Part shown: positions 33,184 through 42,092 of the stretch, piece after piece
How the letters are laid out: every line of letters begins with the position of its first letter
Position numbering within the stretch: the stretch's first letter is position 1
DNA from: a virus
DNA length: 64,000 nt
Virus record (IMG/VR): IMGVR_UViG_3300045988_115849
Direction: 5' to 3' (one strand)
The notes under the pieces: model-generated
What the model saw: the letters and a program-made list of their open reading frames with translations, nothing else
Databases searched by the model: none
What the model was told of the DNA's origin: nothing
Position numbers and translations under genes: made by a program

Positions 33184-33656
33184 AACGAAGAGATGTTGAA
33201 CAAAAAATGATAGACCTTAATTTCAATACAAGACTACTTGGATTTAAGTATTCAGTAGAAACAGTATTGATTTTTGACAAAAAAGGTACAGCTATTCCAA
33301 TGATGAAAGTTTATAAAGAGATCGCTGAAAAATACAACACAGATGCAAGAAGTGTTGAACGTGCAATGAGATTTTCTTATGACGATGTTATCAAACGATC
33401 AACGAACTGTGAGGAAGTGGAAAGATACATAGGTTATGACTCTATAGGAAGCGCAGCAACGCTTTCAAGAATGTATTACCGTTTGAAAGATGATCTTGAA
33501 AATAGGCAGAAGGACAAGCGGAAAGAATTGGAAAGTCTGGTAAGAAATGTTGTAAGAGAAGAGTTAAGAATACAATTAGGAGGTCAAAATGAAGCAGGTA
33601 GAATTGAAGACAATGTCGTTGGAAAACTTCAAGTGTTTTCAGGACAAAGAAATTAA
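33177..33656 (+). CDS. Spo0A C-terminal (DNA-binding) domain-like protein without a receiver domain
   Basis: ..LLGFKYSVETVLIF..MMKVYKEIAEKYNTDARSVERAMRFSY.. parallels the Spo0A_C signature (..[35 protein letters not shown]..). The start is uncertain (ATG 33177 or TTG 33159). Confidence 0.7.
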   Translation: MLKRRDVEQKMIDLNFNTRLLGFKYSVETVLIFDKKGTAIPMMKVYKEIAEKYNTDARSVERAMRFSYDDVIKRSTNCEEVERYIGYDSIGSAATLSRMYYRLKDDLENRQKDKRKELESLVRNVVREELRIQLGGQNEAGRIEDNVVGKLQVFSGQRN

Positions 33657-35619
33657 GTTTGACGGAGATACAAAAGTCTCTGGAAGAAATCAGGAAGGCA
33701 AGACCACAATCATGGATGCCTACTTTGACGTACTGACAGGAAAACTTTCAGACGGAACGATGCCGGACGGAGTTAGAAGAAAAGAGGACGGCAAAGAAGT
33801 AGATAAGGTAGACGTTATCCGACAGATAAGAGTTTCTATCAACGGTAAAGAATACGATCTGAAAAAGATCACAAAGCAGAAGTGGAAAAGACCACGAGGA
33901 ACGAAAGAAGAAGTCTTCACAGGCAATGAAACAACTTATGAGATTGACGAAGTACCTAAGAAGAAGAAAGAGTTTGATGAGTTTATCTCAGATAACTTTG
34001 ATCCTGAGACGTTACTTGTTTGTAGTAATCCAATTGTATTTTTAAATGCCTTGAGGAAGAATACGACAAATGCGAGAAAGATTCTTGAAAAAATGTCAGG
34101 TTTCGATCTAAGACAGTTCATCGAAGAAAATCCGCAGTATGAAAATGTATACAAAATGATTGAGAATCATACAGCGGATGAAATCTTGAAGAAGCTTAGA
34201 AAAGAGCTAAACATGAACGAAAAGAAGATTGATGAACAGAACACAAAGATTTCGTATGAAAGAAATCGCGAGGTTGATTTTGGAAACAAAACAGAGATCG
34301 AAAAGAAATTAAACGAAGCAAGAAGCAAACTTAATAAAGTAGAAGAACAGGAAGAAACACTTGCAAACTCATTTGCAGCATATGAAACAACATCGGATGA
34401 ATTGACTAAACTAAAACGTCAGAAAGATGAAATCTACAATGAAGCAAACAAAGAACTGACGGAAAAACGTTTTAAATTACGGTTTGATGAAGATAAATTG
34501 GAATGTAATCTTCAACATAAACGTGGTCTTTTAGAACAGGATGAATTTAAACTTTCTAACGATAAAAAGAAGATAAAACAGTGGGAAGAATATCTGAACA
34601 ATGCTAGAGAGAACTATAAAAAAACATTCAAAGAAGAATATCAAGATAATCAATCATCAGAAATTGAAAAAGAGGTATTCGATGATGATACAGCAATCTG
34701 CCCAACGTGCGGTCAGCGGCTTCCAGAAGATAAGATTGATCAGTTAAAAGCAGAATTTGAGGAAAATAAAAAAATAAGACTCTTGAAAGAGAAAGAAAAA
34801 GAAGATCTGTGGAAATCTGGAAAAGCCAAAAAGCTTAAAAGAATTACGGAAGATGGTAATATGTGCAAACAAAAAGTTGATTATTTTAAAGAAGATAAGA
34901 AGCTGATTGAAGAAGAAATTTCAAAAAATAAGCAAGCAATTTGTGATTACGAAAAAGAAATTGAGTCAATCAATGCAAAATTAGCTGATCTGCCAGAAGA
35001 AGTTGACATGTCCTCAAACGAAGAATACATCAAAGTTTTAAAAAGCATTGAAAATCTTGAAAATAAGATTGGATTGCTGAACAGCGGCAAAGAAAAAAGA
35101 AAACAGCTTTCAGAAGAAAAACAAAAATATTTTTCTGAAATTGCGAAACTTGAAGCTGAGTTACATAGTCTGGAAAATGCGAAAAAAGATAAAGAAAAGA
35201 GAATTGACAGTCTGGAAGAAGATTTAAAGGCGTTTTCACAGATTGGAGCTGATCTTGAAAGACAGATTGATGAATTATTAGAGTTTTCACTCAGGAAGAA
35301 TGAGTGTATCGCAGGAAAAATCAATCCATACTTCAAGCATCTTAATTTCCAGTTCTTAGATTATACCATTGAAGGAAATCCAGTGGAAACGTGTAAGATC
35401 ATGTGTCATGGGATTAATTATATGGACGGGCTGAATCATGGAGACAAGATTCTATGTGAAGCTGATATGGTAAGCGGATTCCAGAAGATGAACGATGTGA
35501 GACTGCCAATCTTTATTGATGATGCAGAAAGCCTTGATTCTGACAGGATTCCAGAGTTTGAACAGCAATTAATATTACTGATCAGAAGTGACAACGATTT
35601 AGAGGTGTCAAAACTATGA
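33589..35619 (+). CDS. SMC/Rad50/SbcC-like ATPase with a long coiled coil and a CxxC hook
   Basis: 676 aa, SD GGAGG. Walker A GRNQEGKTT, long Lys/Glu coiled coil, central CPTCGQRLP, C-terminal Walker B-like PIFIDDAESLD. Confidence 0.8.
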   Translation: MKQVELKTMSLENFKCFQDKEIKFDGDTKVSGRNQEGKTTIMDAYFDVLTGKLSDGTMPDGVRRKEDGKEVDKVDVIRQIRVSINGKEYDLKKITKQKWKRPRGTKEEVFTGNETTYEIDEVPKKKKEFDEFISDNFDPETLLVCSNPIVFLNALRKNTTNARKILEKMSGFDLRQFIEENPQYENVYKMIENHTADEILKKLRKELNMNEKKIDEQNTKISYERNREVDFGNKTEIEKKLNEARSKLNKVEEQEETLANSFAAYETTSDELTKLKRQKDEIYNEANKELTEKRFKLRFDEDKLECNLQHKRGLLEQDEFKLSNDKKKIKQWEEYLNNARENYKKTFKEEYQDNQSSEIEKEVFDDDTAICPTCGQRLPEDKIDQLKAEFEENKKIRLLKEKEKEDLWKSGKAKKLKRITEDGNMCKQKVDYFKEDKKLIEEEISKNKQAICDYEKEIESINAKLADLPEEVDMSSNEEYIKVLKSIENLENKIGLLNSGKEKRKQLSEEKQKYFSEIAKLEAELHSLENAKKDKEKRIDSLEEDLKAFSQIGADLERQIDELLEFSLRKNECIAGKINPYFKHLNFQFLDYTIEGNPVETCKIMCHGINYMDGLNHGDKILCEADMVSGFQKMNDVRLPIFIDDAESLDSDRIPEFEQQLILLIRSDNDLEVSKL

Positions 35620-35639
35620 TGTGATAATTGACTTCCTAA

Positions 35640-36125
35640 GCAAAGCAAAGGAAAAGTTAAGATGCGAAGAGAAAAGGAATAGCACGGAATTGTCAGGCAC
35701 CGAATTGGAATGGCGAGGAGTAGAAAAGTTTTGTTATGCAATGTGAAGGAAAAGCAATGATGAGTTTAGAGAAGCTTTGGAATAGCATGGTTCTGAACTG
35801 AATAGATACGACATGGAATAGAAATGTTTTGTTACGGAGCTGAATAGTGAAGGAATTGCATAGAGACGCATGGATTTGAGAAGAAAAGGCAAAGTAAAGA
35901 AATGACTGGATAATTATTTAGCTGAAATGTAGTGGCGTGGAGAGGAATAGAGTTGACATGATAAGGAATGGTAAAGAATGGAGATGTAAAGAATGGAGAT
36001 ATTGCGAAAAGGAAGGGAATAGAATTGATGCAATGTGCTTCGTTTGGCAAAGGACAAGCTCAGCGATCAGCAGAGTTGTGATGGAATAGCTACGTTCAGA
36101 GTGTTTAGAACATAAGAGCATAGCA
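35640..36125 (+). repeat. GA-rich, C-poor ORF-free region A with GAATAG iterons
   Basis: GGAATAG starts at 35676, 35779, 35815, 35944, 36016 and 36083. TGAATAG starts at 35799 and 35841. Perfect 15-nt tandem GTAAAGAATGGAGAT x2 at 35971-36000. Only one C in 35941-36000. Stops in all three + frames. Confidence 0.8.
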
Positions 36126-36161
36126 CCGAAAATGAAAACGTATTAAAAAGGAGAAAAAATA

Positions 36162-36782
36162 ATGAAAGAAATGAAAGTAAGATTAACATTTATTGAGGAA
36201 ATTTTAGGAACAGCAAGTAATGATAAGGAATTACATGCAGAGTACATTGCAAGCAAGGCACCTGATGCGATCAGTAAAAAAGAAGAGATTGAAGCAATTG
36301 GTGTTGAAGGCGTTATAGAAAAAGGAAAGACTGTATTTCCTAAAGATGAAAATGATAATCCATTTATCTATGATTACCAGATCAAAGGATTTTTCAAGAA
36401 CGCAGCAAAAGCATTCAACTATGTCAAGAAACTTGCAGCATACAAAACAAAGATTGACAATCTGATCTTCGTCAATGAACGAAAGATTCTGTTACAGATT
36501 CCAGAAGGAAAAGAAATGGGAAACTGCCAGAGACCATTAAGAGCGCAGACACCACAAGGAGAAAGAGTTGCACTTGCAAATAGTGATAGCTGTCCAGAAG
36601 GTACAGTTATTGAATTTACAGTAATGTCAATGGTTGATGATCTCATGGACAACGTGGAAATGTGGCTTGATTACGGAAAATTAAACGGAATTGGTCAGTG
36701 GCACAATAGCGGAAAAGGTCGCTTTGTGTGGGAGAAGCTTGACAAAAAAGGAAAAGTGATTGGCGGTAACAAGGAAGATTAA
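36162..36782 (+). CDS. Hypothetical protein upstream of RecT
   Basis: 206 aa, strong SD AAAGGAG. Motifs IKGFFKNAAKA and C-terminal GIGQWHNSGKGRFVWE. No family recognised with confidence. Confidence 0.6.
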   Translation: MKEMKVRLTFIEEILGTASNDKELHAEYIASKAPDAISKKEEIEAIGVEGVIEKGKTVFPKDENDNPFIYDYQIKGFFKNAAKAFNYVKKLAAYKTKIDNLIFVNERKILLQIPEGKEMGNCQRPLRAQTPQGERVALANSDSCPEGTVIEFTVMSMVDDLMDNVEMWLDYGKLNGIGQWHNSGKGRFVWEKLDKKGKVIGGNKED

Positions 36783-36842
36783 TTGATGTATTGAAAATTA
36801 GTTGAAGTAACAATTAAATTTTACATAGAAAGGTTGGTAAAA

Positions 36843-37763
36843 ATGGCAACAAAAACAGAGATTCAGGAACAGGGAAAAACTCAGGCAGCGGCAGTTATTA
36901 ACAATGCGTTCATTGATGGGTTAACAACACAACTTAATGAAAAGTGTAAATATGGAATGTCTTTTCCAAAAGACTACAATTTAGCAAATGCACTGACAGG
37001 TGCATATCTGGTATTAAAAGAAACTACAGACAGAAATAATAAGCCAATTTTAGAATCTTGCACACAGGCAAGTGTCGCAAACTCCTTAATGGATATGGCA
37101 ACTCTTGGTTTATCTGTACAGAAGAAACAGGGATACTTTATTGCTTATGGTAAGAAATGTTTATTCCAGAGATCATATTTTGGAAACGTGACAATTGCAA
37201 GAAGATATGGACTAGAAAAAATCAGTTCAGAAGTCATTTACGAAGGAGATCATTTCGAGTACGCAATTGTAGATGGAGAAAAAGTTCTCAAAGAACATAC
37301 TCAGGACTTTAACAACATTAACAACGACAAGATTGTTGGTGCTTACGCAGTTCTTACGATGAATGACGGACAAAAAATCTTAGAAGTAATGAACATTAAC
37401 CAGATTAAGCAGGCTTGGAAACAGGGATATGGATATCAAGAAGGTAAAGGAGTTCATGCTAAGTTTACAGACCAGATGGCCAAGAAAACAGTCATGAATC
37501 GTGCATTAAAGCAGATCATCAATACTCATGGAGATGCATTCGTTCAGGAAGCTGATGAAAGAACAGAGAAAATTCCAGAAGAGTCAGTAATTGAAGCTGA
37601 CGTAAGAGAAGATGTAGAGACAGGTTCTAATCAGGAAGAGTTTATTGTTGATGATGTTCAGGATACAGAAGAAGCTGTAGAAGAAGTCAAAAGTGCAGAT
37701 GATATTGCAGAAGAAGTAACAGAAGCTGATCTGCCGGACTTTATGGTTCAGGAAGATGAATAA
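36843..37763 (+). CDS. recT: RecT-family single-strand annealing recombinase
   Basis: ATG at 36843. ..SVANSLMDMATLGLSVQKKQGYFIAYGKKCLFQRSYFG.. and ..DQMAKKTVMNRALK.. match the RecT family pattern. Acidic C-terminal tail. Confidence 0.85.
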   Translation: MATKTEIQEQGKTQAAAVINNAFIDGLTTQLNEKCKYGMSFPKDYNLANALTGAYLVLKETTDRNNKPILESCTQASVANSLMDMATLGLSVQKKQGYFIAYGKKCLFQRSYFGNVTIARRYGLEKISSEVIYEGDHFEYAIVDGEKVLKEHTQDFNNINNDKIVGAYAVLTMNDGQKILEVMNINQIKQAWKQGYGYQEGKGVHAKFTDQMAKKTVMNRALKQIINTHGDAFVQEADERTEKIPEESVIEADVREDVETGSNQEEFIVDDVQDTEEAVEEVKSADDIAEEVTEADLPDFMVQEDE

Positions 37764-37837
37764 AATATTATTCTTCTGGTAGCAGTAACTTTAACTGATA
37801 GAATAAAAGCATTTGCAGATAAGAGAGTGGTGAGAAC

Positions 37838-38161
37838 ATGAAAATTTCAGAACTGCAATTAAATTGCAAATATGATGACAGCGTTATGGAAGAATTTAAA
37901 ACTTGTCACCCAAAGCAGATTATGAGCGAAGATATTCCAATTCCAATTTGGAAAATTATATATCGTTATAAAACTACTCGTGGTAACGACAGAACAGCAA
38001 CAAAATATATAATTTTAGAGGAATGTTCGTGGGATATGATTGACGATGAATTTCAACATTATATTGCTGAGTTCAATGAGAAACATCCAGAAAGAAAGCT
38101 ATCAAACGTAGAAATCCTTGATAGTGTATTTCTTGGAAAAGTATATATTCCACTTGAATAA
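37838..38161 (+). CDS. Hypothetical protein
   Basis: 107 aa, SD GGTGAG, co-directional and tightly packed. Confidence 0.5.
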   Translation: MKISELQLNCKYDDSVMEEFKTCHPKQIMSEDIPIPIWKIIYRYKTTRGNDRTATKYIILEECSWDMIDDEFQHYIAEFNEKHPERKLSNVEILDSVFLGKVYIPLE

Positions 38162-38358
38162 ATTTAAAAAATCAATTGTGATCAATTCCCTGTAAACAGG
38201 GTTGTATAGTGAGATGTCATGCATTACCCATGAAACATAGCGACAATGATGGCTAAAACGTAAAATCTTACGCCATGACCTAAGATAATTGGTTTCTAAG
38301 TATAAGATAAATACCTTTAACGGATGGGTAAAATCCAAAAGTTAAAGGAAGATTACAA
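38162..38358 (+). promoter_or_regulatory. 197-nt structured ORF-free leader with an SD-sequestering helix
   Basis: Hairpins CCCTG/CAGGG (38188-38201) and ATGGC..GCCAT enclosing CGTAA/TTACG (38249-38275). The helix CCTTTAAC (38314-38321) / GTTAAAGG (38341-38348) takes in the SD AAAGGAAG of the TTG start at 38359. Confidence 0.45.
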
Positions 38359-39639
38359 TTGAATCCAATCTATGATGGATATATTAATTTTTTAAGAGAA
38401 ATGTCTGGTGAAAAATTACCAGATTTAAAAGAAGGATATTTTTGGCTTAACAGACAGATTATTAAAGGATTTGACAAGCAAGGAAATATACATAAATTTT
38501 ACAAAGTTGTTGTTTCTAATGATTTAGAAGCTGTTGAAATTAAAAAACTAAAAACATATGAAAACGTACAGGATATAGATTTAATCAGTTGGAAAGAACT
38601 AATCGACTTAAATAAAGAACATTTAATTCAAATTGAATCTGAGTTATTGAATCTAATCAAAGAAAAGATGCAGAAATACGAGAACTATACTTCGATTATT
38701 CCTGTGTCAATGGGAAAAGATTCTATGGTTACATGTCATCTTGTGAGAAGTTTATATCCTGATACAAAAGCAATATTTAACAATACATCCTTAGATTGTG
38801 CAGACACATATCAAATGGTAAAAGAGTTTACGAATTGTGAAATCATGAATCCAGATAAAGGATTCTATCAATATGTAGCATCTAATCATATGATTCCAAC
38901 TAGATTTTCAAGATTCTGTTGCAGGATTTTCAAAACAGGCGTAATGATATCACAACTTGACCATAATCATCCGTATTTATTGTGGATGGGAATGAGAAAT
39001 GAAGAATCAAATACAAGAAGCTCTTATGAAGATGAATGGGTTAACAAATCTGAATGGGGTAAGACTTGTTGGAAAGGAATTTTACCTATTAGAAAATGGA
39101 CAGAGTTTGATGTCTGGTTGTATACGATATGGAAAGACATTACTGTTAATCCTAAATACAAGAAGGGCTATGCAAGAGTTGGCTGCCATTGTGCTTGTCC
39201 ATTTTATACAAAATCTACATGGATTCTTGATAAATACTGGTATCCAAAATCGTACAAAAGATGGAGAGAGATTCTTAGAGAAGATTTCATAAGCAATAAG
39301 AAATGGATTATTATGAATTGCACATTGGATGAATATTTAACGCAAGCTTGGAACGGTGGAACATTTAGGAATGAGCCAACAGAAGAAGTTATAAATGAGT
39401 TTGCTGAATATTTTGGTATTGATCAGAATGTGGCAATTAAATATTTTAACAAAGCATGTGATTGCTGCGGTAAAAGAATTAAACACAAAGAAGTTTTGAG
39501 TATGAATCTCAAATTACATGGTAGAAACATTGATAAATTCTATTGTAAGAAATGTCTTATGAAAGAATATAGTTGGGATTCTTGTGATTGGGACAAACAA
39601 ATTACAATGTTTAAACAATCAGGATGTGAGCTATTTTGA
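38359..39639 (+). CDS. PAPS-reductase-like PP-loop enzyme with a Cys-rich C-terminal domain (IbrA / DUF3440-like)
   Basis: 426 aa. PP-loop-like IIPVSMGKDSMV. C-terminal cysteine clusters (..CDCCGKRIKHKE..FYCKKCLMKEY..). No ParB-like partner gene is adjacent. Confidence 0.7.
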   Translation: MNPIYDGYINFLREMSGEKLPDLKEGYFWLNRQIIKGFDKQGNIHKFYKVVVSNDLEAVEIKKLKTYENVQDIDLISWKELIDLNKEHLIQIESELLNLIKEKMQKYENYTSIIPVSMGKDSMVTCHLVRSLYPDTKAIFNNTSLDCADTYQMVKEFTNCEIMNPDKGFYQYVASNHMIPTRFSRFCCRIFKTGVMISQLDHNHPYLLWMGMRNEESNTRSSYEDEWVNKSEWGKTCWKGILPIRKWTEFDVWLYTIWKDITVNPKYKKGYARVGCHCACPFYTKSTWILDKYWYPKSYKRWREILREDFISNKKWIIMNCTLDEYLTQAWNGGTFRNEPTEEVINEFAEYFGIDQNVAIKYFNKACDCCGKRIKHKEVLSMNLKLHGRNIDKFYCKKCLMKEYSWDSCDWDKQITMFKQSGCELF

Positions 39640-39655
39640 AAGGAGAATAACAAAC

Positions 39656-40321
39656 ATGGTAATTAATGGTAAAAAATTTAAAGAAGTAAATATTACAAAA
39701 GATGGAGAGCTGATCGTATCTATCGCAGATGGAGAACATGGAATCGTGCATAAAGATGATTACACAGTACAGCTTGTTGTAGAAGAAATTGGCATGACGT
39801 TTTCAGAAGCATTTAAAGCAATGAAAGCAGGAGCAAAAGTCAAACTTCCATCTTGGGGCGGATATTGGTACTGGGATACAGAAAAAGAAACTATCATGAT
39901 GCAGTGCAGACCGAAAGATACCGATAAGGGGCAAGGAGACTTATTAGACGTTAGGGAGACACAGAGAGTCGAATATACACTTTCTAACATTTTGTCTGAT
40001 GAATGGCTAATCGCAGATGAAACGAATTGTCCAGTTTTAGGCGGAGAAGCCACATTTGGATTTGGAGATGCTATCAAGTACGTGAAACGTGGACTTAAAG
40101 TTAAGAGAAAAGGATGGAACGGAAAGAATCAGTATATCCAGTTAGCAACAGGAATTTTATATAATACAGCAGACAAAACAATTGTTAATTGCGATCATGA
40201 AGCCATCGGAAATAAAGCAGTGGCATTTGCAGTGGCATTTGTGGGAACATCTGGTGTACAGATGGGGTGGTTAGCATCACAGGCTGATATGTTAGCAGAA
40301 GATTGGATGTTTGTAGATTAG
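39656..40321 (+). CDS. Tandem DUF2829 (Tad2-like) protein
   Basis: ATG at 39656 after SD AAAGGAGAA. Two halves: ..MTFSEAFKAMKAGAKVKLPSWGGYWYWD..LSDEWLIAD and ..FGFGDAIKYVKRGLKVKRKGWNGKNQYIQLA..MGWLASQADMLAEDWMFVD. The second carries the W-x-A-S-Q-x-D-x-L-A-E-D-W signature. Confidence 0.7.
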   Translation: MVINGKKFKEVNITKDGELIVSIADGEHGIVHKDDYTVQLVVEEIGMTFSEAFKAMKAGAKVKLPSWGGYWYWDTEKETIMMQCRPKDTDKGQGDLLDVRETQRVEYTLSNILSDEWLIADETNCPVLGGEATFGFGDAIKYVKRGLKVKRKGWNGKNQYIQLATGILYNTADKTIVNCDHEAIGNKAVAFAVAFVGTSGVQMGWLASQADMLAEDWMFVD

Positions 40322-40331
40322 GAGTTGATAT

Positions 40332-40628
40332 ATGAGTAAATATGTAAAGAAACCTGTTGTGGTAGAAGCTGTTAAATGGAATGGAAATAACATCGAAGAA
40401 GTAAAAGAATTTATGAAAGAACAACTTGATAAATTGCATTTTGAAAGCATGGATGCAAGTAATTTAGAAGAAGGAAAACTTTCAATGGTTGACTTTCTTG
40501 CGATTCAAACTCTTGAAGGTGTTATGACTGTATCAGACGGAGACTACATAATTAAGGGTGTTAATGGTGAGTTCTATCCATGTAAACCTGATATTTTCAA
40601 AAAAACATATGAACCATATAACGAATAA
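40332..40628 (+). CDS. Hypothetical protein
   Basis: 98 aa, SD TAGGAG. ..KKPVVVEAVKWNG..GDYIIKGVNGEFYPCKPDIFKKTYEPY, a pattern common in phage proteins of unknown function. Confidence 0.55.
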   Translation: MSKYVKKPVVVEAVKWNGNNIEEVKEFMKEQLDKLHFESMDASNLEEGKLSMVDFLAIQTLEGVMTVSDGDYIIKGVNGEFYPCKPDIFKKTYEPYNE

Positions 40629-40639
40629 AGGAGAAGAAA

Positions 40640-40903
40640 ATGGAAAGCAGAGAATTTTTAGCGGTATGCAAAGCCAAGATTGCAGATTATGTGAATGATC
40701 ATATTGATAAGACAGATCAGAAACATCTTACGATCAACGATGTATACGTTGTCTTGTATGCTAAGACATTACAGAATCATAAAGCGTTACTGAGTACAAC
40801 GTTATTAGACGGAATGTACTATGAAATGACATTCAACGGAGACAAGAGAGAGTTGTACATGGATGCTTACAAAAAGTGGGAAAACATCAAATTTGATATG
40901 TAG
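40640..40903 (+). CDS. Hypothetical protein
   Basis: 87 aa, SD AAAGGAGAAG. Confidence 0.5.
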   Translation: MESREFLAVCKAKIADYVNDHIDKTDQKHLTINDVYVVLYAKTLQNHKALLSTTLLDGMYYEMTFNGDKRELYMDAYKKWENIKFDM

Positions 40904-40912
40904 AGGTGGAAA

Positions 40913-41317
40913 ATGGTTGGTACTCTTGAAGAAATGAAAGACGATTTAGCAACAGTAACAGATTACACAAAAAACGGAGAGTGTTCGCAGTGCGGTAAGT
41001 GCTGCGCCAACCTTCTTCCGTTATCACTTGGAGAAGTTAACAGGATCAAAAGATATGTGAAAGAACACAATATCAAAGAAAATGTGCATAAACCACCAAT
41101 CGTAGGTAAATTTGTGGATATGACATGTCCATTTAGAGACGATGTCAGAAAGATTTGTACAATTTACGAAGTTAGACCGATGATCTGTAAAGATTTTAGA
41201 TGCGACAAGGCAGCAAAGGATATTCAGGCTTCTAAGAGATTGTATTATGCAAGAAGAAATCCAGTGGACTTAAGAAAGGAAATATTCAGAAATGTCAATG
41301 TGGCTAAAAGTAATTAA
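40913..41317 (+). CDS. YkgJ-type cysteine-cluster (CxxCxxCC) protein
   Basis: 134 aa. CSQCGKCCANLLPLS plus downstream Cys residues (..MTCPF..ICTIYEVRPMICKDFRC). Confidence 0.65.
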   Translation: MVGTLEEMKDDLATVTDYTKNGECSQCGKCCANLLPLSLGEVNRIKRYVKEHNIKENVHKPPIVGKFVDMTCPFRDDVRKICTIYEVRPMICKDFRCDKAAKDIQASKRLYYARRNPVDLRKEIFRNVNVAKSN

Positions 41318-42092
41318 CACAGGAAGTCAGTATGGTAATTGCTATGCATTAATGAGTGGAGATGGAGAAATCTTATTGCTTGACTGCGGATGTAAATTTA
41401 AAGACATTCTAAGGGGAATTAATTATAGGATAGCAGATGTGGCAGGGTGTTTATTGACTCATATCCACGGAGATCATGCAAAATCATATAAAAATCTTAC
41501 TAAGAATGGAATAGCAATATACAGCAATAATGAGACAGTAGAACATTTTGGAGCATATGATCCAATAGAATATTTTGATCTTGGAATTGGTGGAATGATA
41601 GGAAAAAAAGAAAGAAAGCCGTTTGAGTGTGGAAGTTTCAATGTGATTCCGTTCTATCTGCCACACACAACAAAAGACAAAGATACTGGGGAAATCATAC
41701 CGTGTCCAAACTTTGGATATTTTATACAACACAAGGACATGGGAAGTCTAGTATACATGACGGATTTTGAATACCCTACACTATCTTTTAGATCGGCGAA
41801 AATCAATCATCTTCTATGTGAAGTTAATTACTGTGAGGAATTTGTTGATAAATCGGCAGCAAACTTTGAACATCGACTCAAAGGACATTTATCTTTTGAG
41901 ACATTCAAAGAAAAGGTTTTGAAACAGAATATGACAGATGCATTAAAAACAGTAACGATTTGTCACTTAAGTGATGCAGCAGCCGATGAACAAATGATTC
42001 TAAATCAAACAAAAGAGATTACAGGAAATGACATTGAAGTTAACATTGCTAAAAGATCATTATGTGTAAATCTAAATTACATACCGTTTTGA
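41292..42092 (+). CDS. Metallo-beta-lactamase-fold hydrolase (probable nuclease of the recombination module)
   Basis: 266 aa. ..LLLDCGCKF.. and the HxHxDH motif (LLTHIHGDHAKS). Confidence 0.75.
   Translation: MSMWLKVINTGSQYGNCYALMSGDGEILLLDCGCKFKDILRGINYRIADVAGCLLTHIHGDHAKSYKNLTKNGIAIYSNNETVEHFGAYDPIEYFDLGIGGMIGKKERKPFECGSFNVIPFYLPHTTKDKDTGEIIPCPNFGYFIQHKDMGSLVYMTDFEYPTLSFRSAKINHLLCEVNYCEEFVDKSAANFEHRLKGHLSFETFKEKVLKQNMTDALKTVTICHLSDAAADEQMILNQTKEITGNDIEVNIAKRSLCVNLNYIPF

Noticed and set aside
35436-36121. Minus-strand ORFs (35436-35741, 35832-36050, 35918-36121) across GA-rich region A
   Set aside because: The complement of a C-poor, GA-rich strand is CT-rich and therefore almost free of stop codons. 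The translations are Phe/Ser/Leu/Pro low complexity with no SD. They are treated as artefacts of composition.
35640-36125. Possible CRISPR array, suggested by many short repeats
   Set aside because: The recurring unit is only 6-7 nt (GAATAG). Spacing is irregular (16-103 nt). There are no 24-40-nt direct repeats, no uniform spacers and no cas genes.
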